DNA of 60,571 nucleotides, counting the filler, from Candidatus Hydrogenedentota bacterium (GTDB taxonomy: Bacteria > JBFMHD01): the NCBI GenBank assembly GCA_040752395.1. It is 6 parts of 6 records of this genome, joined end to end, with 100 filler letters (N's around TTAATTAATTAA, not from the genome) between each part and the next. Parts side by side here need not be neighbours in the genome. Positions count along the whole stretch, not along the records: positions 50,817 to 60,571 come from JBFMHD010000099.1; 5 more parts are not named here. One strand, given 5' to 3'. The notes under the pieces are model-generated. The model did no database searches, was not told the origin of the DNA, and saw only the letters and a program-made list of their open reading frames with translations. The position numbers were made by a program, and so were the translations under genes. Of this stretch, positions 52,226-60,571 are shown in pieces (the first letter of the stretch is position 1; each line of letters starts with the position of its first letter).

Positions 52226-53479
52226 ATGGACAATAATAAATGGAAGTTTGAGACGCAGGTCATTCATTGTGGTCAGACACCTTCGTTATGGGAAAACACA
52301 ACACTTGTCCCAATTTATCAAAGTGTTTCGCATAAATTTGAGACCGCAGAAGAATTAAAAGAGGTGTTTTCCGGCAAGAAACCGGGGTTTATTTACCAGC
52401 GACTCCGTAACCCGACAAATCAGGTGCTTGAGAAGCGGTTAACGCTTCTTGAAGGCGGTGCCGACGCAGTGGTCACCAGCTCTGGCATGTCAGCAATCAA
52501 TAATGCGGTGCTTGCTATCTGTCGAAGCGGTGATACCATAGTTTCAGGGAATTCATTATTTATGACTACATTTCTTCTGTTTAATAATGTTTTGCGGAAA
52601 CTTGGTATCAACGTTGTGTTTGTTGAAAGTAGTGATATCGAGGCATGGAAATCTGTAGTAAATCCGAAAATCAAGCTCTTATTTGTTGAAACCATAGGTA
52701 ATCCAAAAATGGACGTGCCTAACATAAAAGAGCTTGCAAATTTGGCTCATATAAACAACGCACCGCTGATTGTTGATAATACACTTGCAACACCGTATCT
52801 CTTCAGGGCCATTGAAGCTGGTGCTGATATAGTTGTTCATTCAACAACAAAATATTTAAATGGTCATGGATCCGCGACTGGCGGTGTGGTCATTGATTCT
52901 GCAAAATTCAGCTGGCCATCGGATAAATATCCTGATTTCAATCCATTCAAAGAGCGCAAAGGCCAGCTCGCTTTTATTGACAAGCTCTGGCGCGAGATAC
53001 ACATCAATTTCGGAACCACACAATCTCCTTTTCAGTCATATCTGACTTTGATCGGGCTTGACACACTCGCGCTCCGGATGGAACGACATATGAGTAATGC
53101 TATGAAGATCGCGGAATATCTTGAGAAACACCCGAAAGTAAAATGGATAAAATATCCCGGGCTTGCTTCAAATCCGTTTTATCAAATAGCAAAAACACAG
53201 TTTAAAGGCAGGGGTTTTGGCGGCCTTATGTCAATAGGTCTTCAAAACGAAAAAGCGTGTTCTGATTTTATCAAGAACCTAAAACTTGTGTATCACCTTG
53301 CGAATTTAGGTGACTGTAAAACACTGGTTATCCATCCATGGTCATCACAATATATAAATTTTCCAGAGGAGATCCGGCGTGCAAACGGTATAGTTCCTGA
53401 AATGTTGCGTATCTCTGTCGGAATTGAAAATAGCGACGATATACTTGATGATATCAGTCAGTCTTTAGAAAAAATATAA
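52226..53479 (+). CDS. metY: O-acetylhomoserine aminocarboxypropyltransferase (Cys/Met PLP family)
   Basis: YQRLRNPT, SSGMSA, ETIGNP, HSTTKYLNGHG, HLANLGD. Confidence 0.88.
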   Translation: MDNNKWKFETQVIHCGQTPSLWENTTLVPIYQSVSHKFETAEELKEVFSGKKPGFIYQRLRNPTNQVLEKRLTLLEGGADAVVTSSGMSAINNAVLAICRSGDTIVSGNSLFMTTFLLFNNVLRKLGINVVFVESSDIEAWKSVVNPKIKLLFVETIGNPKMDVPNIKELANLAHINNAPLIVDNTLATPYLFRAIEAGADIVVHSTTKYLNGHGSATGGVVIDSAKFSWPSDKYPDFNPFKERKGQLAFIDKLWREIHINFGTTQSPFQSYLTLIGLDTLALRMERHMSNAMKIAEYLEKHPKVKWIKYPGLASNPFYQIAKTQFKGRGFGGLMSIGLQNEKACSDFIKNLKLVYHLANLGDCKTLVIHPWSSQYINFPEEIRRANGIVPEMLRISVGIENSDDILDDISQSLEKI

Positions 53480-53625
53480 TCGATACCTTCTCGTCCTTGC
53501 TACCCTGTTCAATCCAATTAAAAGCATTGAGTCTGGGGATCGCTAAAAGAAGTAAGAAATGAGAAATAGGAAATAAAAAAGAAAATTTGAATAATAGACA
53601 CAAGAGATTGTGGCGACCTATGAAA

Positions 53626-54354
53626 TCAAAGAAAAAACTTAAATGTTTCGGGTTTGAGTTTAAGTATAATTCTATATTCCTCAATAGCATTTAATATATC
53701 TATAGATAGTTCTTCAATAAATTTCAGTTCAAGGATGTCTTTCAGATTTACACAAAGTGGCATACCTGTGAATATTTTCTTTTTATCATCAGAGAGCTCT
53801 GTTTGTAAATAAAGATATAAACCAACCATACTTCCAAGTCCTGTAGCGATACTAATAAAATCAGTTTCTGGATACAAACTTTTTGCAATATATCTTGCAA
53901 TGGTTTTAAATGAAGAATTGTTAACAAGTTCTATTATTTCTTCAAGTAGCACGAATTTTCGTTTATGCGCAGCTAAATCAATCATCAATCCTCTGCCACG
54001 TAACATACTATCAACATTATCTGTAACAAATGAAAGGTAGTCACCAGCTTCTTTATAAGCAAGTGTCAACAAACCATCAGCAATAAGAAGATGTATAGCT
54101 TTATCATCTTTATCCATTTCTCTACGCAGGACTAATTTTATAAGATAAAATGAAAGATTCACGAGCTCAATGCTAAATAAAAACCTTTTGTCTTTTTCTT
54201 CAACTTCTTTATCCCAGCCTTTAAACATATGTAAACCGAATTCATATCGTAAAGGTCTATAACTTCTATCCGTAATAATTTTTATTTTTCTTTTAGTATT
54301 TGCGAAAGGGGATAATTGTAATTCCTTTTCCAATAATTCATAAAATGTTTTCAT
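53626..54354 (-). CDS. Hypothetical protein, possibly a degenerate polyprenyl-synthase fold
   Basis: RPL...IELV...LLIADGLLTLAY resemble isoprenyl synthase helices, but no DDxxD. Confidence 0.5.
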   Translation of the reverse strand: MKTFYELLEKELQLSPFANTKRKIKIITDRSYRPLRYEFGLHMFKGWDKEVEEKDKRFLFSIELVNLSFYLIKLVLRREMDKDDKAIHLLIADGLLTLAYKEAGDYLSFVTDNVDSMLRGRGLMIDLAAHKRKFVLLEEIIELVNNSSFKTIARYIAKSLYPETDFISIATGLGSMVGLYLYLQTELSDDKKKIFTGMPLCVNLKDILELKFIEELSIDILNAIEEYRIILKLKPETFKFFL

Positions 54355-54360
54355 AGACTC

Positions 54361-54540
54361 TCCTCCTCTCCTCTGAAAAAGTAAGAAGTAAGAAGTGGGA
54401 AGTATCAGGACAGGCTACAGGCTACGGACTACAGCCGGCTGGAGCCCGAAGCCCGGAGCCAACATATCATTTACTTCTTGCATCTTTCGTTATCTTTCTT
54501 TCCGTTATCTTGCTTCTTTCGTTATCTTGCCTCTACCTAT
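54361..54540 (-). repeat. Mosaic intergenic repeat, modules F(inv)-C-D, ending in SD
   Basis: Matches 5683-5790 and 57605-57790. Confidence 0.95.
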
Positions 54541-54546
54541 CATCTC

Positions 54547-56544
54547 TTATGGCACGAAATAAACTGCTCTATCCTGTATAAGCTGTGCCTTGGGGTCAGG
54601 TGGCTCATTGCGGAAAAGATTCAAAATGACTTTTACTTCAAACATAGTTTTATAAGGCACTTTTCTATAAGGTGTTCTGTAAACCACTAAATATTCTTCC
54701 TGAAAATTATAATCTTTTAATCTTCTAAACTCATTTTTAAAATACGGTGAATTAATATCAAAAAAATTTCCACCTGTCCACTGAGATATATATCTGGCAT
54801 TACTTAAAATTTTATCACTTACAATGCTTATAGGTAGATGCAGTCCTTTTGCAAGGTATATAATTTTTCTGCAAGAATCTTCTTTTAAATCTTCAGCTGT
54901 TATAAGTATTACATTTCTTAAGTTCTTATCAAGATAAGCATTCCATAAAGCTTTATCCAGAGCTGATTCAAGATTTTTATAATAGATGCTACCCATATCA
55001 GTTATGGTTTTGTTCTTCTTACTATCAATAATAAAATAATACTTATTTTTAATACCTATAAAATCTAACTCCTTTTCTAAAACTTCTACTAATTTTTTTT
55101 CATTCTCTTTGAGTTTAGAAATCACTATGTGTACTGACGAAGTTTTATCACTTCTTATTTTTGAGACATCGATTGGATAAACTCTGTTATTATTTTCATA
55201 TACTGCAAAATTATTTTTATTAAGGTTTGGATAATGAAATCCTCTGTCATCAGTAACAGTAAAGTAAATGCCGAGTAGATGTTCTTTTTCATAATGAGAA
55301 ACATCTATTTTCTTTATATCAAGAAAAATCCTTTCGTCTTTAATAAGAGAGGGTCGATAAATTCTTATTCTGCTTTTTTCAAGGTCAGATAAATAGAGAT
55401 AATCTTTATTATCAATCTCAATATCAGAAATAGATACAATCGTATCAGAATTAATATTATCAAGAATTAAAGTTTCGTTTAAAAGATTCCCATTTTTCAT
55501 TTTAAATACATTACCGTTTTTTGTTACAATAAAAAATAAATCATCTTTAATTGAAGAGAATCCCTGGGGTTCAAAAAATTGAGGATTTTTAAATTCCTGC
55601 AGTATCAATCCATTTATATCGAACTTCTCTATCCTGTTATTATTCTTATCAATCACATAAAGAAATCCGTCCCTATCGAATAATAAATCACAAGGATTAA
55701 TAAAGAGACCAGGTTCTATACCATAACCACCAATCATACTTATGCAGTTGTAGCTTTTATCAAAAATAGAGATACGATGATTCCCGCTTTCTGTTATATA
55801 AATATTTTCAAATACATCCTTTGTAATAAATGATGGTCCTGATAATTCACCTTTTAACTTTCCAAGCCCACCTATCTCTTTAATTGTTTTTCCATTATAA
55901 TTTATAATCCTTACCTTATTAATATTAAATAAACCAACGGTTATTTTATCTTTTTCAAAGAAAAACCCTTTGGGTTTACTCCCTCTTTTAAATTTAAACT
56001 CTTTTATTCTCTCACCGTTCTGATTTAATATTACTATTTCATCAGTAGCATATGATGAGAGATATAAATAATTATCTGAGGGGTTATAATAAAGTGCGAC
56101 TGGTAACGAAAAAAATCCTGTGCCTATATCTTTTCCGTAAATCTCTTTTATTAAAGTATATTTATCAGTAGAAAAAATATCATCAGTTGTACCAATCTTT
56201 ATGTTTTCCCAGTTTTTCGAGCGTTTAATCTTCCATCCAACAGGATAAGTATCACCATAACCTTTGTCCTGTATCTTCTGCCAGCATTCATTAGCCTTTT
56301 TTGGATCGCCCATTAAAAGGTTAAGTTTTCCGAAATAATAAAGAGTTTCAATATTATCAGGATAAAAATTTAACGACTCGTTGAAATAATTTTTAGCAGA
56401 ATTATAGTCACCAAGATAAAACGAAATTATTCCTTCATAGAGTCTCTTACCCGACTGAAGTAATTCATAGTATCCTGGTTCTTTAGCCCGGGTATTTGTC
56501 ACTAATACTATTAAGAGTAAAATACTGCTAAAATAATTCTTCAT
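54547..56544 (-). CDS. Secreted TPR + NHL-repeat protein with vWA-like C-terminus
   Basis: Signal peptide; TPR helices; GELSGP..I..D...NIYITESGNHRISIFD NHL repeats. Confidence 0.85.
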   Translation of the reverse strand: MKNYFSSILLLIVLVTNTRAKEPGYYELLQSGKRLYEGIISFYLGDYNSAKNYFNESLNFYPDNIETLYYFGKLNLLMGDPKKANECWQKIQDKGYGDTYPVGWKIKRSKNWENIKIGTTDDIFSTDKYTLIKEIYGKDIGTGFFSLPVALYYNPSDNYLYLSSYATDEIVILNQNGERIKEFKFKRGSKPKGFFFEKDKITVGLFNINKVRIINYNGKTIKEIGGLGKLKGELSGPSFITKDVFENIYITESGNHRISIFDKSYNCISMIGGYGIEPGLFINPCDLLFDRDGFLYVIDKNNNRIEKFDINGLILQEFKNPQFFEPQGFSSIKDDLFFIVTKNGNVFKMKNGNLLNETLILDNINSDTIVSISDIEIDNKDYLYLSDLEKSRIRIYRPSLIKDERIFLDIKKIDVSHYEKEHLLGIYFTVTDDRGFHYPNLNKNNFAVYENNNRVYPIDVSKIRSDKTSSVHIVISKLKENEKKLVEVLEKELDFIGIKNKYYFIIDSKKNKTITDMGSIYYKNLESALDKALWNAYLDKNLRNVILITAEDLKEDSCRKIIYLAKGLHLPISIVSDKILSNARYISQWTGGNFFDINSPYFKNEFRRLKDYNFQEEYLVVYRTPYRKVPYKTMFEVKVILNLFRNEPPDPKAQLIQDRAVYFVP

Positions 56545-56550
56545 TTGTAT

Positions 56551-56595
56551 CCCATCAGTTATCTGTCTTCTGTCTTCTGTCTCCTGTTTTCTATC
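56551..56595 (-). repeat. Short leader repeat (module M + ATAACTGATGGG)
   Basis: GGAGACAGAAGACAGAAGACAG as at 50172; tail as at 4809. Confidence 0.8.
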
Positions 56596-57564
56596 CTAAT
56601 ACATCCGTGTTAAAGGATATATTTTTGTGTTATCATAAATAACAACATCTTTTAAAACAGAACATGCACCAATCCTGCAATTCTTTCCTATAATCGAGCG
56701 TCCCCTGATAATAACTCCAGTTTCAATGTATGTATCCATACCTATGGACGTCTCATCTGAGATATAGCAGGTATCTGGATTTTCAAATGATACGCCTTCT
56801 AACATAAGAATTTTTATTTTTCTCTGGTTCCTTAATTTTTCAACATAAGCCAATTCTTCTCTTTGATTTATCCCGCAAATCTCAGCACTATCATCCGTGG
56901 TATAGGCTGTAACCATCCTTTTCTTTTTATTAAGATAATAAATAACATCAGTAAGATAATATTCTTTCTGGTCGTTTTTATTTTTAAGCAGGTTTAAAAC
57001 ATTTAAAACAGGCTCTTTTTTAAAAATATATACCCCAGAGTTAACCTCTTTTATTTTAAGTTCGTTTTTATTAGCATCTCTATGTTCAACTATTTTTAAA
57101 ACTCTATTATTTTTATCTTTGACGATTCTGCCATATCCAGCTGGATTTTCAAAAATAGCTGTTAAAATTATAGCATCTTGCTCTGTTTTCTCATATATTT
57201 CAAGTAGTTTTTTTATAGTAGCAAGACTAATTAAAGGCATATCACCGCAAAAAACAAAAATATCATCGCTTTTAACTTGCCCACTGTTTCTCGCAGCCAT
57301 AAATGCATCGCCTGTTCCAAGCTGGTTTTTCTGAATAGCAAAATGAATCCTTACAGAATCAGAAGGAAAATACCGTTTGATGGTTTCAGAAATTAATTTA
57401 TAGTCTGGTGGTACCACAATAATTATATTATTAATTTGATTTACTTTGCAGATAGTTTTTAAAAGATAACAAATCATAGGGGTATCATCAATAGGATGAA
57501 GTACTTTTGGCAATTTGGTTTTCATTCTTTTGCCAATGCCGGCTGCAAGTATCACTGCATCCAT
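56596..57564 (-). CDS. glmU: GlmU-like UDP-GlcNAc pyrophosphorylase, short C-terminus
   Basis: LAAG.GKRMK..LPKVLH, QLGTGDA, GYGRIV, EVNSG, EYYLTD. Confidence 0.85.
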   Translation of the reverse strand: MDAVILAAGIGKRMKTKLPKVLHPIDDTPMICYLLKTICKVNQINNIIIVVPPDYKLISETIKRYFPSDSVRIHFAIQKNQLGTGDAFMAARNSGQVKSDDIFVFCGDMPLISLATIKKLLEIYEKTEQDAIILTAIFENPAGYGRIVKDKNNRVLKIVEHRDANKNELKIKEVNSGVYIFKKEPVLNVLNLLKNKNDQKEYYLTDVIYYLNKKKRMVTAYTTDDSAEICGINQREELAYVEKLRNQRKIKILMLEGVSFENPDTCYISDETSIGMDTYIETGVIIRGRSIIGKNCRIGACSVLKDVVIYDNTKIYPLTRMY

Positions 57565-57571
57565 TGTATAT

Positions 57572-57800
57572 CTCCTCTGAAAAACGTTGTAACTCTAATA
57601 ATTCGGGCTACAGGCTACGGACTACAGCTGGCTGGAGCTCGGGGCCCGGAGCCTGAAGTCAACATATCATCTACTTCTTGCATCTTTTCCGTTATCTTGC
57701 TTCTTGCTTCTTTCGTTGTCTTTCTTTTCCGTTTCTCAACCTCAACCTCAACCTTAACCTTTTCTTTCTTTCCGTTATCTTGCCTCTATATATCATCTCC
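57572..57800 (-). repeat. Mosaic intergenic repeat, modules F(inv)-C-T, ending in SD of glmU
   Basis: Shared blocks plus a GGTTGA array. Confidence 0.95.
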
Positions 57801-57807
57801 TATGAAA

Positions 57808-58938
57808 TTATTCTACCTCTAAATCCGGGTTAATCTGCATAAGAATCTTTCCTTCTTTAAGATAAAATCCACATTGTTTTACAGAACTTGTCACAAGATG
57901 AGAGATACCAGCAATCTCAATTTTCACCCCCGGGTAAATTTCATTAAATACCACAACATTACAATACCCTTTGGCTTTGCGTTTTCTAATCTTTAAATCA
58001 AGTTCTTTTCTTTTATTTTCAGCATCCTCCATTTTCTTTTTCAGTTCAAAATAAAGTTTACTCTGTAAAGCGAGTTGTTCTTTTTTGTCCTGAGGGAGTG
58101 TCCTTATCTTTTCACCCATTGTTTTGATAACCATAATAAGTTTTTCAAGTCGTTTAAGTTTTGGTAAGTCTTCTCTTACAATACTCTCAAGTTCTAAGAA
58201 GTCGCTCACCCATTTTTTCATCTTGTCATTTTTAATAATGATTTCAACAGGTGTCATCTCTTTGTTTCCTAAAAACTTCACAGCCACTCTATCGCCCGCC
58301 TCAATTGTAGAGTCTACTATGGTACCTTTATAGAGTGTACAATCAATACTATCACTAGCCACTACTTTACTTTTTTTAATCTCACCTGTATTAACTCTAT
58401 CTTTAACTCTTATATCAGCTTCTCTGATATAAGGTGATGTAAGGGATGCTGCTTCAATCCATGTAGTTGACATACCATTTATGCCTCCCTCAATAACTAA
58501 CTCTTCGCCACATATTATAACAGCATCCTGTACATAGCCTTTAAGAACTATCTTTCCAGAAGCCTCGACTCTTGAACCTCCTTCAATATTCCCTATTATT
58601 TCAAGATTTTTATCAAACTTTACAAGAGTATCAGCTCCTTTAATAGACTTTTTTATAGAATAAGTAGTTTTATCCGGATCAATAAATGATCCATCTGGTA
58701 GCGCAACCTCTTTTACTTCAGCAATCTGTTTAGCTTTTTCTTCCTCTTTTTTATATAAATCTTCAATATCTTTAATCTCTTCATCTATCTCACCATACTC
58801 AATACCCCAATCTTTAAGTTTATTCAATTGTGATTCAGTAATAGTATCTCCTTTTGAGAATATTGGTCCGCCATCATAATATATATCTCTATTAAGAACT
58901 TTATTGGGTTTAAGTTCACTAATTTTAATAGTAGCCAT
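57808..58938 (-). CDS. FapA/DUF342-family protein
   Basis: IIGNIEGGSRVEASGKIV beta-solenoid, coiled coil, IYPGVKIEI. Confidence 0.82.
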   Translation of the reverse strand: MATIKISELKPNKVLNRDIYYDGGPIFSKGDTITESQLNKLKDWGIEYGEIDEEIKDIEDLYKKEEEKAKQIAEVKEVALPDGSFIDPDKTTYSIKKSIKGADTLVKFDKNLEIIGNIEGGSRVEASGKIVLKGYVQDAVIICGEELVIEGGINGMSTTWIEAASLTSPYIREADIRVKDRVNTGEIKKSKVVASDSIDCTLYKGTIVDSTIEAGDRVAVKFLGNKEMTPVEIIIKNDKMKKWVSDFLELESIVREDLPKLKRLEKLIMVIKTMGEKIRTLPQDKKEQLALQSKLYFELKKKMEDAENKRKELDLKIRKRKAKGYCNVVVFNEIYPGVKIEIAGISHLVTSSVKQCGFYLKEGKILMQINPDLEVE

Positions 58939-60438
58939 TTATCCCCTCAATTTTAAAAGAGATTTATAGATATCTTCAGCTTCTTCAGGATAACTAACAA
59001 AACTAATTCTTACTGGATTATTATTTATTGTTTTATCAAGTTCTACGGTTAAAAGAGTTCTTCTAATCTCTTTTTTATCTTTGCCTGGAAGAACTGCTAT
59101 AAGTTCACCTGGATATACACTTATAACGTTTTTCGTAGTGGTTAATTTATTATATATTTCTTCTCTAAACTTTCTTATTTCTTCACCTGATATAATTTCA
59201 GACTGCACAACAAATTTTATAAGAGTTAACGGGTAATCAAGTTCTTTTGCCCTGATAAACTCATCCTTAAGAACCTCAACAAGCAATCTAAATGGTTCAT
59301 TTCTGATTTTGGATTCAAACTCAAGAGTTTTCGCGGTAACGATGGCTGGTCCAAGCATCGAACCAAGAATGGTAAAAAGCTTTAAAAGAAAATCTTTATC
59401 TTCGAGTTTTTCATAATCATTTAAGATTATTAAACCTCCTATCTTATCTCCGGCAGGTAATGGTATTATTACATCGTCTCCATTAAACGAGGTACCACAT
59501 ATATTTTTATCAGATAATTGGTCAAAATATAAAGCCTCGGTTTTTAATCCTTTTTCAGATAATTCATTTTGTGATAATTTTTCAGGCAGGGTAAGGTCTT
59601 CCTTCTCAAACCCAAGTTTTTTAAGAAAATCTTCTTCGGATTTCTGATATATAGCACCTGATTTTGCTCCAAACCCTGTCTGTAGTGCTTCAAGCGATAA
59701 TTGAAATACATCATTAATATTATCACTTGAGCTGATTATTTTACCCACCTCATAGATAGCAGAGAGCTCATCATTTGCCTTTTGTAACTTTTCATGAGAT
59801 TTTTTAATCTCTAAAACCATTTCATTAAATACCTGGGCAAGTGTACCGATCTCGTCCCTGGTCCTGGGCGTGACACTCTGATTTAAATCACCCTCTCTTA
59901 CTTTAATGCTCGCAGCTGTTAGTTTTTCAAGCTGTTTTGTTAACCTTGTTGATAAAAGACTTGAAATAATAATAGAAAACAATACAAGAATAACCGCAAA
60001 TTTAACCATCTCCTTTTTTATCTCGTCCCTTTTTTGTAAAAAACTATCTCTGTTATAAAATATCTCAACGAAGCCTAATTCAACATCTGTTCCTGGTATA
60101 ATGATACGAGATGCAAATTTTTTATATTTACCAAGTACACCCCTTTTTTCAGCAAGCGTTTTGTTTTCGTCATCTTTGACAATTATTAATGCGATGTCTT
60201 TATCAGATGCAACTAATAGTTCTATAACAGTCTCTATAGTAGAAAGCTCATTCTTTAATATATTCTCAGAAAGGCTCGGCATTAAAGTATTGGTTATAAC
60301 ATTTACTTTTCGTATGATATCATCTTCTGTGATCTGATCTAATCGATAAAGAAATATATTCGTACCTATGCTTACTGTTATTATGATAAAAATAGCCACA
60401 AGAAGAGCTATTTTGCCTGCAAGAGTTAGTTTAAACAT
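58939..60438 (-). CDS. Membrane sensor with HAMP and GAF-like domains
   Basis: Two TM helices, GDLN...RDEIGTLAQVFNEM; start ATG 60438 after the repeat-borne SD. Confidence 0.85.
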   Translation of the reverse strand: MFKLTLAGKIALLVAIFIIITVSIGTNIFLYRLDQITEDDIIRKVNVITNTLMPSLSENILKNELSTIETVIELLVASDKDIALIIVKDDENKTLAEKRGVLGKYKKFASRIIIPGTDVELGFVEIFYNRDSFLQKRDEIKKEMVKFAVILVLFSIIISSLLSTRLTKQLEKLTAASIKVREGDLNQSVTPRTRDEIGTLAQVFNEMVLEIKKSHEKLQKANDELSAIYEVGKIISSSDNINDVFQLSLEALQTGFGAKSGAIYQKSEEDFLKKLGFEKEDLTLPEKLSQNELSEKGLKTEALYFDQLSDKNICGTSFNGDDVIIPLPAGDKIGGLIILNDYEKLEDKDFLLKLFTILGSMLGPAIVTAKTLEFESKIRNEPFRLLVEVLKDEFIRAKELDYPLTLIKFVVQSEIISGEEIRKFREEIYNKLTTTKNVISVYPGELIAVLPGKDKKEIRRTLLTVELDKTINNNPVRISFVSYPEEAEDIYKSLLKLRG

Positions 60439-60445
60439 TTTTGGT

Positions 60446-60571
60446 CCTCCTCTGAAAAACATTGTAACTCTAATGATATCAAGTAGAAGCAAGAAGCAAG
60501 ATAACGGAAGAAGTGAGAGGTATCAGGACGGGCTACAGGCTACAGGCTACGGACTACAGCCGGCTGGAGCC
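60446..60571 (-). repeat. Mosaic intergenic repeat, modules C-D-F-T (window end)
   Basis: Shared blocks; supplies SD of the HAMP gene. Confidence 0.95.

Overview
This window is six unrelated ~10 kb contigs of an AT-rich, anaerobic, probably uncultured bacterium. They are joined by artificial 100-nt N/TTAATTAATTAA linkers and sorted by length, so adjacency across gaps means nothing. Genes are mostly housekeeping: a full F1Fo ATP synthase operon, trpBA, argS, hypAB plus a group-3c-like NiFe hydrogenase large subunit, sat, fba, glyA, dihydropyrimidinase, a flgB-fliJ flagellar operon, metY and a glmU-like gene. The striking signal is non-coding. About 25 intergenic stretches are built combinatorially from a small, reused set of modules (7-8 nt tandem arrays, hairpins, GTAG palindromes). 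They are nearly always oriented with transcription. At least 12 end in TTTT(C/T)RRAGGRG, which supplies the Shine-Dalgarno site of the next gene. One module carries its own SD+ATG and encodes a 23/31-aa hydrophobic peptide whose 8-bp repeat count is 3 or 6, which preserves the frame. Toxin-antitoxin cassettes, mostly with inactivated toxins, occupy other operon junctions, including three inside the atp operon. There is also a solitary attC-like site. All functional calls come from recognising motifs by eye; no database search was run.
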